Assembly: GCF_000299365.1 (NCBI RefSeq)
Contig: NC_018655.1
Location: 270,001-302,000, forward strand
Length of the DNA: 32,000 nucleotides
Source: Candidatus Nitrosopumilus koreensis AR1
GTDB lineage: Archaea; Thermoproteota; Nitrososphaeria; Nitrososphaerales; Nitrosopumilaceae
Reading direction: 5' to 3'
Shown here: positions 16,995-24,838 of the stretch, in pieces
Numbering within the stretch: position 1 is the stretch's first letter
How the letters are laid out: every line of letters starts with the position of its first letter
Made by a program: the position numbers and the translations under genes
Notes under the pieces: generated by a model
Told to the model about the DNA's origin: nothing
What the model saw: the letters and a program-made list of their open reading frames with translations, nothing else
Databases searched by the model: none

Positions 16995-17330
16995 TCATTT
17001 TAGTCTAACTTCTCTGATTGCAGTTGCATAATCGCACTCTGCTCTTAATCTCATGTAGGGAATTAACTTGTAGTGTATTGAATACAGTGTTCCTTCTTTG
17101 AGTAGAATTCCTTTTTGTTGTAGTGATGCAAGTCCTCTTGATGGAATGTTAATTGAGATATTGTATTGTTGACAAATCTTATCGCGTTTGTCTTGAAATT
17201 GTTTTAGAGTAAATGAAACATCATTTAATTCTAAAATCAAGGGCCAAATAATTTCTGCCCAGACAAATCTCCTGTTCTCAGTAGCGGAAGCATACTTGCC
17301 TTTTTCACTCAACATTAATAACATCTGCAA
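16995..17330 (-). CDS. Hypothetical protein, possible winged-helix DNA-binding protein
   Basis: 111-aa ORF. The C-terminal part (IPSRGLASLQQKGILLKEGTLYSIHYKL) resembles a recognition helix plus wing. No family could be recognised by eye. Confidence 0.45.
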   Translation of the reverse strand: MQMLLMLSEKGKYASATENRRFVWAEIIWPLILELNDVSFTLKQFQDKRDKICQQYNISINIPSRGLASLQQKGILLKEGTLYSIHYKLIPYMRLRAECDYATAIREVRLK

Positions 17331-17346
17331 ATGATGTTATAACTTA

Positions 17347-18051
17347 TTGTCCCAAAAGGAGATTGAAGAGTCATTAGATTTACTACAAAAAGATTGGGAT
17401 GTAGACCCAATACTCCGAAACTTTATGCTAGGAAAAATTACTGATGTATCTGATAGGCCAATCAAAGTAAAAGATGTGGTTTTTCATGTTCCATATCTTA
17501 ATTCTGAAAAAAAATTCATCTTGTGGAAATGTTTCTGGCCTGACTGCCACAACTGTTGTGACAGACAAGGTAGACTGCCACTAACTTCAGATGACTTGAT
17601 TACCATTGGAAAGGGCCTCAAATACCAAAAACCCTCAGAATTTATCAAAAACGAAACACTAACTGTTACTTATTCTGAACCAGGACCATCTGGACAGATG
17701 ACTACAATGACTACCATTAACCTCAAAAGAAAAAAAGATGAGACAGAAGCAGATGATGGAACGCACATCTCATGCAGATTTCTAGATGATGAGGGTGGTT
17801 GTTCCATGCATCCAGACAGACCTGGTGTGTGTTACCTGTATCCGTTTTCTAGCTGGCTTGAAAACGAGAAAGGAAAGCCACGTGTTCATGCAACATACCA
17901 ATTTACTGGTGATTGTCCTGGATTTTATCTGGCTGAAGATCTAGAACCAATGAAAGAAGAGTTTAAGGAATATTCCAAGATAATATATGATTACAATATG
18001 GCATCAAATAGGACAAACCGCGAAGGATTTGGCTCTGTTAGTTTTGGGTAG
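17347..18051 (+). CDS. YkgJ/UPF0153-type putative zinc- or iron-chelating protein (CxxCxxCC)
   Basis: It has an exact CxxCxxCC motif (CPDCHNCC) followed by CRFLDDEGGCSMHPDRPGVCYLYPF, the typical second half of this family. TTG start. Confidence 0.7.
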   Translation: MSQKEIEESLDLLQKDWDVDPILRNFMLGKITDVSDRPIKVKDVVFHVPYLNSEKKFILWKCFWPDCHNCCDRQGRLPLTSDDLITIGKGLKYQKPSEFIKNETLTVTYSEPGPSGQMTTMTTINLKRKKDETEADDGTHISCRFLDDEGGCSMHPDRPGVCYLYPFSSWLENEKGKPRVHATYQFTGDCPGFYLAEDLEPMKEEFKEYSKIIYDYNMASNRTNREGFGSVSFG

Positions 18052-18065
18052 ATCTTTTTAGAAAA

Positions 18066-19079
18066 TTATGCTTTAGCCACTTTCATCAAGTCAGCTATCT
18101 TGATATCCATTCCAAATCTGTCTTCATTCTTTTTCATGTATCGAAATATTGCCAAAAAGTCTGGAAGTGCCTTAAAGAAATTGAAATCCTTGTGAATTTT
18201 TGCTCGGACAAAATTAAACACTTTGGCATAGACCTTGTAGTGTTTCTCAACTGCCTTTTCATATGCCTTAAAGTCATGCATGTTATCTAGGAAAATCTCA
18301 ACGCATTGCATTGATGGAATAATTCCCTCTCCTAACAATGCATAAACTGTTCCAATGGATTCTCCAACACCTACAACTTTTCCTGAATAGTATGGCTTGC
18401 ATCTATCCGGTGTTGCTAATCTGATTGGTCTTCCCTTTGTCTTGAGAACTTTACCTCCGTGCTTTTTTAGAAAATCATCAGTTGCCTTGATGTGCTGTTT
18501 ATTGTAATCCCCTGCTCCAATGTGGGCCCACTTTTCTCCCAATGGAAAATACCAGAAATATCCTGACATGCCAGGAAATGGTTCAATGTAAAAGTCATCA
18601 TATGGAACTCCATTTTCATATTCTACTTTGTACTCGTATGTTGGCAAAAAGAAATCTTCCTTTAATTTTGGCAAGTATACTCTGTGAAATCCAGTACAAT
18701 CAACTATCATGTCGTACTCTTTTTCTAATTCCTCAAGAGTTGGTGGTTTACCGTAGATAACTTTGGAATCTTTAATGAAATCTTTGATGAGTCCAAGCTT
18801 GTCATATGTACATAGTCCTTTCAGACCAATGTCAAACTTTATGTCATTATTCATCTTGACATGCATATTTTTCCCATCATGGATTAGAAAATCATTAAAA
18901 TCCCTGCCAGTCTTTTTGCAGAATTCAGTTAGGATTGGTTTGATTGTCCCCCAAGCGCAAATAGAATCGTGCCTTTCTTTTGGGTTTAACTCGTACCCTG
19001 TTACATCATGTTCAGAGTCTTTGAGTCTGGCCATAAGATAGGAACCTGCTACTCCCATTCCCATTACTGCAATCTTCAA
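18066..19079 (-). CDS. FAD/NAD(P)-binding oxidoreductase, geranylgeranyl-reductase-like family
   Basis: N-terminal dinucleotide-binding motif MKIAVMGMGVAGSY. The segments YFWYFPLGEKWAHIGAG and GVGESIGTVYALLGEGI resemble the GGR/FixC family. The substrate cannot be inferred. Confidence 0.7.
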   Translation of the reverse strand: MKIAVMGMGVAGSYLMARLKDSEHDVTGYELNPKERHDSICAWGTIKPILTEFCKKTGRDFNDFLIHDGKNMHVKMNNDIKFDIGLKGLCTYDKLGLIKDFIKDSKVIYGKPPTLEELEKEYDMIVDCTGFHRVYLPKLKEDFFLPTYEYKVEYENGVPYDDFYIEPFPGMSGYFWYFPLGEKWAHIGAGDYNKQHIKATDDFLKKHGGKVLKTKGRPIRLATPDRCKPYYSGKVVGVGESIGTVYALLGEGIIPSMQCVEIFLDNMHDFKAYEKAVEKHYKVYAKVFNFVRAKIHKDFNFFKALPDFLAIFRYMKKNEDRFGMDIKIADLMKVAKA

Positions 19080-19373
19080 TAATCTGTGAATCTCTGTGGT
19101 GTAATAAATAGACTGTCTGAATTTGTCCTAGATTGCCACTAGTAGAAATTATTCGTACCGGTTAAATATCAAATTCACTTAACAGGTTTAAGAAAAGACA
19201 AGTCTGTCGTCTGAATCAAACGTTTCAGGCCTTAAGATGAAATCACTGTCATCAGAGGACTCGCGTTTCTGATCTTAAGTGATTAGAGATGTCATCAAGA
19301 CACATTTGGTCTTGATCTTAATCTCGATTGTCTTTTCGTTTAATTTATTTTGGATTGATCTTGGGGTTACTCC

Positions 19374-19976
19374 ATGGATGTCTTTGAAGCAATATCTACT
19401 CGACGTGCAATCAAAAAATTTGATCCAAACTACAAGATGAGTTCTGAAGATGTCACAAGACTCATGGAACATGTGATATTGTCTCCGACAAGCTACAACC
19501 AGCAAAACTGGAGATTTGTCTATGTCACTGATCAAGATGTAAAGGAGAAGATTTCAGTTGCCTCTCGTGGACAAGCTCAGCCAAAAGACGGCTCGCTTGT
19601 GATTGTCTTGTGTGGTGATATGACTGCATGGAAGACTGAGCCATTGCGTTACTGGAAGAATCATCCAACAGAAAAACAAGAATATGTAAAAGCTGCACTT
19701 GAGAGAAAGTACTCATCTGATCCTCATGCAGAACGTGATGAGGCAATTCGTTCTTGTGGCATGGCAGCTCAAACTATAATGCTTGCTGCAAGAGACATGG
19801 GACTCGACTCTTGTCCAATGGTGGGATTTGAGTATGATGAGCTAGCTCAAATCATCAAGCTACCGGAGAACCATCTGATCGTAATGATGGTAGTAGTTGG
19901 TAAACGTGCAGAAGATGCAGCAGAGCGTGGCGGTCAATTGCCTTTGGATGAAGTTGCATTTGAGAACTCTTTTTAG
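19374..19976 (+). CDS. Nitroreductase-family (FMN-dependent) oxidoreductase
   Basis: The N-terminus AISTRRAIKKFDP...PTSYNQQNWRFVYV and the length of 200 aa are typical of the nitroreductase fold. Confidence 0.85.
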   Translation: MDVFEAISTRRAIKKFDPNYKMSSEDVTRLMEHVILSPTSYNQQNWRFVYVTDQDVKEKISVASRGQAQPKDGSLVIVLCGDMTAWKTEPLRYWKNHPTEKQEYVKAALERKYSSDPHAERDEAIRSCGMAAQTIMLAARDMGLDSCPMVGFEYDELAQIIKLPENHLIVMMVVVGKRAEDAAERGGQLPLDEVAFENSF

Positions 19977-20031
19977 AATTATTAATTGGAATGCGTGTTA
20001 AACCTAAATTCTGTGATGACTTAGAATTCTT

Positions 20032-20139
20032 GTGAGTTACAGAACTGCAGTTTTTTCTAAAAAAGAACTTGGAATAATACTTGGAGCATCTATTGTTGTA
20101 TCTATTGCATTGTATGTGGCATATACTGTAGGGCGATGA
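20032..20139 (+). CDS. Hypothetical 35-aa single-TM microprotein (GTG start)
   Basis: Hand translation gives VSYRTAVFSKKELGIILGASIVVSIALYVAYTVGR. Its TGA overlaps the next ATG (ATGA at 20136-20139). A TATA-like CTAAATTCTG lies 28 nt upstream. It is below the track's size cutoff. Confidence 0.3.
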   Translation: MSYRTAVFSKKELGIILGASIVVSIALYVAYTVGR

Positions 20140-20381
20140 GACCTATAATTCCCTTAATCATAGTATTTGTTGTTGCAATAACTGTTGGAATGCTTGGTGT
20201 GTCAAACTATGATGCATATGTTGCAGAACGTGATCAGAGAAATCTACAACTTGCAGTTGAGGATTGCAAGAATCTGTTTGTACAGGGAACAGAACAAGAA
20301 GAATGCATTACAAAATCACTTGATGCATTTGGAACAGACTATCAAAAGGCACAGTGGCAAAACAGAGACCTTTCTCCATAA
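20136..20381 (+). CDS. Hypothetical small membrane-anchored protein
   Basis: 81 aa with an N-terminal TM segment (IIPLIIVFVVAITVGMLGV), then a soluble tail containing two Cys. Confidence 0.5.
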   Translation: MRPIIPLIIVFVVAITVGMLGVSNYDAYVAERDQRNLQLAVEDCKNLFVQGTEQEECITKSLDAFGTDYQKAQWQNRDLSP

Positions 20382-20384
20382 ACT

Positions 20385-20400
20385 CTTAATTTGATAATTT
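20385..20400 (+). promoter_or_regulatory. Promoter cassette a (CTTAATTTGATAATTT)
   Basis: It starts 4 nt after the upstream TAA stop. It differs by one base over 16 nt from cassette e at 24810. Confidence 0.45.
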
Positions 20401-20404
20401 TCAA

Positions 20405-20614
20405 ATGAATTGTAATTTGTTTTTTGAAAAAGATGTGGCAGCACTCAAGGATGCCTTGGATGAAACTGATGCCAGAATAAAAAAACTCGAAGAGCATATG
20501 GAATCTGAAAAAAAGAAACTTGGAGATACAAACTCTGAAACATTGCATAGATTGGAAAGAAACTTGGATAATTTGCGCAAAAAACGTACTCTCATCCTAT
20601 CTGAACTAGAATAA
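20405..20614 (+). CDS. Hypothetical coiled-coil microprotein
   Basis: 69 aa, heptad-like and charged (ALKDALDETDARIKKLEEHMESEKKKL...LDNLRKKRTLILSELE). The promoter cassette at 20385 is only 20 nt from ATG 20405, so the true start may be TTG 20417. Confidence 0.5.
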   Translation: MNCNLFFEKDVAALKDALDETDARIKKLEEHMESEKKKLGDTNSETLHRLERNLDNLRKKRTLILSELE

Positions 20615-20623
20615 TCCAATACG

Positions 20624-20632
20624 CTTAATTTG
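20624..20632 (+). promoter_or_regulatory. Promoter cassette b (ACG-CTTAATTTG)
   Basis: 30 nt upstream of ATG 20654. It shares ACGCTTAATTT with cassette f. Confidence 0.45.
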
Positions 20633-20653
20633 AGAAATATTTTACCATCAAGC

Positions 20654-20887
20654 ATGCCTTTGTTTTGCAAGCAATGTAATGAGAGACGTTATCCTCAGTA
20701 TAGCGAATTAGACAAGGGAACTTTGTGGCTATGCAACAAGTGTCAAAACTATACTGATAGTGAGGATGTGATAATTCGTGAGCAGACAGAGCAAGAGAGG
20801 GCAGATATCCAGGCTAAATCTGAAGAATTTGAGAGAACCTCAAACTTTCCTGCAGAAAAACTATCTAGAAGAAAGGGCGTAAATTAA
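20654..20887 (+). CDS. Hypothetical zinc-ribbon microprotein
   Basis: MPLFCKQCNERRYPQYSELDKGTLWLCNKCQNY has two CxxC pairs. ATG 20654 lies 30 nt downstream of promoter cassette ACGCTTAATTTG, so I prefer it over the track's TTG 20630. Confidence 0.55.
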   Translation: MPLFCKQCNERRYPQYSELDKGTLWLCNKCQNYTDSEDVIIREQTEQERADIQAKSEEFERTSNFPAEKLSRRKGVN

Positions 20888-20903
20888 AAAAAAGAAAAAA
20901 AGT
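20886..20903 (-). terminator. Strong oligo-T tract (minus strand)
   Basis: On the minus strand, the TAA at 20906-20904 is followed after 2 nt by TTTTTTTCTTTTTTTT. Confidence 0.5.
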
Positions 20904-21218
20904 TTAGAGTTCTATGACTGAACCCGCTGAGATTGTAAATTTCTGATTCTGTTCTTCACCGTGCACGTCATACCAAGCGATGTTGAGGTTCACCTTGTTT
21001 CTGAGTGCAGATTCTACTGTAATGCAACTTGCTTGTCTTAATCTGTCTTGAATTGGTTTTTCTACATTTTCTATAATTGGTTCTATGTTTGTTTTCTCAT
21101 GTGTGATTTCTAGTAGTATGGATTTAGCATCAAGAGTGAAAATTAATTTTTGATCGCATGATCTATTTTGACAAACCTCCGATTCTACATCTGTCTTTGA
21201 ATCAAAATTGATCCCGTG
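20904..21218 (-). pseudogene. 104-codon open frame without an ATG/GTG/TTG start near its 5' end; possible 3' half of a disrupted zinc-finger gene
   Basis: Hand translation gives HGINFDSKTDVESEVCQNRSCDQKLIFTLDAKSILLEITHEKTNIEPIIENVEKPIQDRLRQASCITVESALRNKVNLNIAWYDVHGEEQNQKFTISAGSVIEL*. An in-frame TAA lies at 21221-21219. The first canonical start, a GTG, occurs only near the 3' end. No plus-strand gene overlaps this frame, and a T-run follows its stop. Confidence 0.4.
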
Positions 21219-21274
21219 TTAGCTCTAAAGTTATCATATGTTCATTAATGGTATGTTCATTCCCAAACATATTC

Positions 21275-21676
21275 ATGAAATTCTGCTCAAACTGTGACAC
21301 AAAGCTTACGCAAAACTTTGAAGACGTTGGCGGCCCTGGGATTTGTCCAAAATGCAATCCTGAGATGGTTACTCCAAGACGACCAACCTATGGGATGAAC
21401 TATTCGGGAAAGACAAAACCCTGCTCCAAGGGATGCGGAGCTGAAATCTACTGGGATGAAGAGTTCAAGTCTGATAGCGGAAAGTTCATTCCAATTGATT
21501 CACGAACTGACGAGCCGCACAGATGTGATGGCCCTGCAGAATCTGAATATTTTCCAGACGAGGTAAAACAGATTGCAAAGAAAAAGAGGCTTCTCCAAAA
21601 CCTGTCATTCCCATCTCCGATGAGATTCTTTATGATGTCTCAAAAATCCCAAAATCTTTGGTCGATGATGACTTGA
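21275..21676 (+). CDS. Zinc-ribbon protein; possibly the frameshifted N-terminal part of the downstream helicase
   Basis: MKFCSNCDTKL...GICPKCNPE forms a CxxC...CxxC ribbon. A second Cys/His cluster follows: CSKGCGAEIYWDEEFKSDSGKFIPIDSRTDEPHRC. The track start is 21248. I prefer ATG 21275, which lies 32 nt after a TATA-like CATTAATGG. The tail after KKK looks non-protein-like. Confidence 0.6.
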   Translation: MKFCSNCDTKLTQNFEDVGGPGICPKCNPEMVTPRRPTYGMNYSGKTKPCSKGCGAEIYWDEEFKSDSGKFIPIDSRTDEPHRCDGPAESEYFPDEVKQIAKKKRLLQNLSFPSPMRFFMMSQKSQNLWSMMT

Positions 21677-23916
21677 TTGTTCATGAACTGGTTCAGGGCC
21701 ACAAGGAAGAGTCCCTGGGGATTGTTCACTATGAGAATATGGTCTCATCTGAGCCTGAAAAGGTACCTGTTGAGAGCCTAAGTGATGTGTTGTCTGAAAA
21801 CATCCTCAAGGGAATTGGCAAGTATGGCTTTACTGGGCTGCTGCCATTCCAAGAAGAATCTGTCCGTCTGATTCTGGATGGAAAAAACTCCATCATCTCT
21901 GCTCCAACTGGTTCGGGAAAGACTGAGGCTTTTAGCATTCCAATACTAGAAAAGATCTCGCAAGAAAAAAAACCTGGGGTCTTTGCTCTTTTTGTATATC
22001 CGTTAAATGCACTAATTGATGACCAAGTATCAAAAATCTCAAAACTAATTGAAAACTGCGGACTAAAAGAAACGGTTGGTGTTTATTCAATTCATGGCGG
22101 CCAGAGCTCCGAATACAAGGACATGATAATTGCAGATGCTGCAAAAAAATCCCTAATCATTGCAACAAACTTTGATTTTATCAACTATCATTTAATCTTG
22201 CAAGACAAAAAATGGAACGAGCTATTCAAGAGCGCAAAAATAATCGTAATGGATGAGGCCCATTCCTATACTAGCTTTCATGGCTCAAACGTGTATCACG
22301 TGTTGCAAAGAATGAAGAGATACATGGGAAAAGTACAGTATGTCGGCTCTTCAGCTACGCTGGATAACTCTAGGGAATTTTTCTCAAACATGTTTGACTT
22401 GCCGCAAGAATCATTTTCTTACGTCAAAAGCAACACTGGGCGAAAAAGAAACATGCACATGTTCTTTGTCATGCCGCGCAAATTCGGACAGAGAAGTACA
22501 ATGGAGATGCTAGCATCAATATGTTACAAGAACCACTCTACGCAACTTATCTTTAGTAACTCTCACAATGACGCAGAGTTTCTTGCATCAAACGTAGAGT
22601 CTGCAAATGATGGTATTAGAATCCAGATTCACCGTGGAGGCCTTGATCAAAACAATCGAAAACTCTACGAATCTCAGATGAAGGCAGGCGAGCTTGACGC
22701 CCTGTCCTGCACACCTACACTAGAGCTTGGAATCGATATAGGACATGTTGATGTGGTTATTTCTGCATTCAAAAACGAGTACGATTCATTTGTGCAGAGA
22801 ATTGGGCGTGCAGGAAGAATGGGGCAAAAGTCGTATGCAATCTGCGTGCTTGACCCTGATGATGCTGCATGCCACTATTTTGCGCGTCACATCGACCAGT
22901 ACCTCTCACAGGACCACATCATTCCAATCAACAAGAAAAACTCCATAATTTCAGACAAGCATGCTGAATCAGCAGAGATTGAAGCAGAAGCTGCAGAAAC
23001 AACAGACAAGTCCCAGTTCTTTGACTTTGCTGGAAGCGTAAATCTTCGCGGGGCATCAGGCGAGATTGCAATATACCTCAACTCAAAGAAGATTGGAACC
23101 CGCGGTGTTCCTGTCGGGTATTATCAGTTGCATCAAAATGCAATCTACCATTTCAACAAGCAAAACTATGAGGTGATCTCCTTGCGAAAGTCACAAAACG
23201 GCGCAAGGGCATACCTGAGGAGGTCTTATGAAAACCAGAAAAGAACAATCCCAATTGTTAGGACATCAATCTTGCAGACGTCTGAGAGAAACGCTGCACA
23301 CAAGGACATCTCAGTTAAGGGCAGAAAACTATCCTTGCGCTATGGGATAATTGAGCTTAGCAGAACCATCACAGGATACCTAAAGGGAAACTATAATGAT
23401 TCTGCTGAAAACTTTCAGACCTTTAATGGAAGTAACGTTCCGTCTTGGAGGAACTTTAACTGGAAGTCAAAGCACTCGTCTGTAAGCATTGTTGTTCCTC
23501 CTGAATTTGTAACAAAGTCTTCTGATTCAAAGAGCCAGATTGCAACTGACTCTAGGATACATACAATCTGTCATGTTTTGATTAACGCTGCAAAAATTAT
23601 CACAAAGTCTGAATCAAATGACATTGATGTGTACTATGAGAACGGAGTGATCTATCTTTATGACAATTCGTCTGACGGCTTTAATGGATGCAGCAAGATA
23701 ATCTATGAAGATTTTGAGAAGGTGCTTGAGACTTGCAATTCATTGCTTTCAGATTGTGACTGTCCCGTTGATCCCACGCAGAAAAAGGCAGTAGCAGAGG
23801 GCGAAAAGTGGGGAGGGTGTCCAAAGTGCACGTTTACCAACAACTACTGCCAGACAAAAAACAAGGAACTATCAAAAAAGGATGCAATAGATTTTTTTGT
23901 ACTGTTTTGTAGGTGA
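21658..23916 (+). CDS. Superfamily-2 DEAD/DEAH-box helicase with a C-terminal DUF1998-like four-Cys domain (MrfA/YprA-type architecture)
   Basis: Helicase motif I is SAPTGSGKTEAF, motif II VMDEAHSY, motif III GSSATL and motif VI QRIGRAGRMG. The C-terminal region IHTICHVLINAAK...YLYDNSSDGFNGC...CDCP...GCPKCTF...C matches the DUF1998 pattern. The start is uncertain: TTG 21658, with the frame open upstream to 21547. Confidence 0.9.
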   Translation: MVDDDLIVHELVQGHKEESLGIVHYENMVSSEPEKVPVESLSDVLSENILKGIGKYGFTGLLPFQEESVRLILDGKNSIISAPTGSGKTEAFSIPILEKISQEKKPGVFALFVYPLNALIDDQVSKISKLIENCGLKETVGVYSIHGGQSSEYKDMIIADAAKKSLIIATNFDFINYHLILQDKKWNELFKSAKIIVMDEAHSYTSFHGSNVYHVLQRMKRYMGKVQYVGSSATLDNSREFFSNMFDLPQESFSYVKSNTGRKRNMHMFFVMPRKFGQRSTMEMLASICYKNHSTQLIFSNSHNDAEFLASNVESANDGIRIQIHRGGLDQNNRKLYESQMKAGELDALSCTPTLELGIDIGHVDVVISAFKNEYDSFVQRIGRAGRMGQKSYAICVLDPDDAACHYFARHIDQYLSQDHIIPINKKNSIISDKHAESAEIEAEAAETTDKSQFFDFAGSVNLRGASGEIAIYLNSKKIGTRGVPVGYYQLHQNAIYHFNKQNYEVISLRKSQNGARAYLRRSYENQKRTIPIVRTSILQTSERNAAHKDISVKGRKLSLRYGIIELSRTITGYLKGNYNDSAENFQTFNGSNVPSWRNFNWKSKHSSVSIVVPPEFVTKSSDSKSQIATDSRIHTICHVLINAAKIITKSESNDIDVYYENGVIYLYDNSSDGFNGCSKIIYEDFEKVLETCNSLLSDCDCPVDPTQKKAVAEGEKWGGCPKCTFTNNYCQTKNKELSKKDAIDFFVLFCR

Positions 23917-23922
23917 TCAGTA

Positions 23923-24102
23923 ATGGGATTCAAGGACCTGTTTGTTGGCGGTAATGAAGGAAACGTTCCAATCAAGGTAAAATGTACTGGGTGCCAGAGA
24001 ATCACAGTAGTAAAAATTCCAGCTGACAAGGACTTTGCAAAGTGGAATGAAAAGGCAAAGTGCGGTCAGTGCGGCGCTTCAAGCTGCTGGGAAAAAGTTT
24101 GA
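23923..24102 (+). CDS. Hypothetical 59-aa zinc-ribbon microprotein
   Basis: Below the track cutoff. Hand translation gives MGFKDLFVGGNEGNVPIKVKCTGCQRITVVKIPADKDFAKWNEKAKCGQCGASSCWEKV*. It starts 6 nt after the helicase stop. Confidence 0.55.
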   Translation: MGFKDLFVGGNEGNVPIKVKCTGCQRITVVKIPADKDFAKWNEKAKCGQCGASSCWEKV

Positions 24103-24118
24103 TTTTTGTGTGGACTAG

Positions 24119-24262
24119 CTAGTCTAGAGGCAATCTTCTAAACTTTTCAGACAGCCTGTCTAACACCTTAGCATCCTGTTTGTTATCAGATGGGGCAAAT
24201 TTCTTTTTAAGACCTGAAATCGTATCTTCAAAAATTTTTCTTTTTTCTTTTTTTGTGAACAT
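24119..24262 (-). CDS. Hypothetical 47-aa basic microprotein
   Basis: Hand translation gives MFTKKEKRKIFEDTISGLKKKFAPSDNKQDAKVLDRLSEKFRRLPLD*. A TATA-like CTTGTTAAATACG lies about 32 nt upstream on the minus strand. Confidence 0.3.
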   Translation of the reverse strand: MFTKKEKRKIFEDTISGLKKKFAPSDNKQDAKVLDRLSEKFRRLPLD

Positions 24263-24318
24263 ACTATAGTTAGCAGTTCATCGTATTTAACAAGGACAAA
24301 CACCTCTTGCCCAACATG

Positions 24319-24328
24319 CTTAAGTTTG
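24319..24328 (+). promoter_or_regulatory. Promoter cassette c (CTTAAGTTTG)
   Basis: 29 nt upstream of ATG 24348. Its 10-mer is identical to cassette d. Confidence 0.45.
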
Positions 24329-24347
24329 TCATTTTTTGATATAATTC

Positions 24348-24503
24348 ATGGCAAAACTATCAGACAAACAGCGCGAATCACAACAAGACAGACGACTGAA
24401 AAAACTAGAAAACCGTGCAAACAAGGACGACAAGGAGATGGCAAAACTCAAGAGAAAAATCATTGCCTTGGAAAAGCAAGTTAAGAGTCTGAAAAAGAGA
24501 TGA
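24348..24503 (+). CDS. Hypothetical 51-aa coiled-coil microprotein
   Basis: MAKLSDKQRESQQDRRLKKLENRANKDDKEMAKLKRKIIALEKQVKSLKKR*. The ATG lies 29 nt downstream of cassette CTTAAGTTTG. Confidence 0.45.
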   Translation: MAKLSDKQRESQQDRRLKKLENRANKDDKEMAKLKRKIIALEKQVKSLKKR

Positions 24504-24636
24504 ATCTTGTGAGTGACTTTGGATAAAGAAAGACTGCGAGTAAAAAGTGGCAGAAGCAAGGGCTGCAAGGACTGCCTTTCTCACAGATGCATCCCAAACA
24601 GTTGCATGTGTGATTGCCACAGATAATTTCAATATC

Positions 24637-24646
24637 CTTAAGTTTG
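24637..24646 (+). promoter_or_regulatory. Promoter cassette d (CTTAAGTTTG)
   Basis: 29 nt upstream of ATG 24666. Confidence 0.45.
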
Positions 24647-24665
24647 AAATTGTTGTGTATCATTT

Positions 24666-24806
24666 ATGGACTGTCTTAGATGTGACGGAAAGGGAAAAGT
24701 TCGCAACGAGTTTGGAATGTGGGAAAAATGCGAGTCCTGCCAGAAAAAGGAGATGACATTTGAGAAAATAAATGCTGAACCTGATTCCAGTGAGGAAGGA
24801 CTCTAA
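24666..24806 (+). CDS. Hypothetical 46-aa zinc-finger microprotein (DnaJ-type CxxCxGxG motif)
   Basis: MDCLRCDGKGKVRNEFGMWEKCESCQKKEMTFEKINAEPDSSEEGL*. The ATG lies 29 nt downstream of a second CTTAAGTTTG cassette. Confidence 0.5.
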   Translation: MDCLRCDGKGKVRNEFGMWEKCESCQKKEMTFEKINAEPDSSEEGL

Positions 24807-24809
24807 ATT

Positions 24810-24825
24810 CTTAAATTGATAATTT
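24810..24825 (+). promoter_or_regulatory. Promoter cassette e (CTTAAATTGATAATTT)
   Basis: 29 nt upstream of ATG 24839. It starts 4 nt after the upstream TAA stop, like cassette a. Confidence 0.45.
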
Positions 24826-24838
24826 GCCTGCTCTAGTT

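Noticed and set aside
19231-19279. Possible C/D-box sRNA: a CTTAAG terminal stem flanking AGATGA ... CAGA ... CTGA
   Set aside because: The C box is imperfect (AGAUGA, not UGAUGA). There is no C' box. The element is about 38 nt between boxes, too short for a two-guide archaeal sRNA. I kept it only as part of the structured-spacer finding.
20185-20670. Alternative-frame ORFs 20185-20394 (+), 20342-20548 (-) and 20401-20670 (-)
   Set aside because: Each overlaps a plus-strand microprotein ORF that has better support: a TM segment, coiled-coil periodicity, CxxC pairs or a promoter cassette at the expected distance.
24481-24663. 60-aa minus-strand ORF with a striking Cys cluster (CGNHTCNCLGCICEKGSPCSPCFC), and the overlapping plus-strand ORF 24547-24756
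   Set aside because: The minus ORF has no AT-rich TATA-like box upstream, overlaps the 3' end of the coiled-coil gene, and its second half looks like antisense noise. The plus ORF (GTG start) overlaps the better-supported 46-aa zinc-finger gene, which has a proper promoter cassette at 24637. Neither is excluded outright. The Cys cluster would be worth a conservation check.
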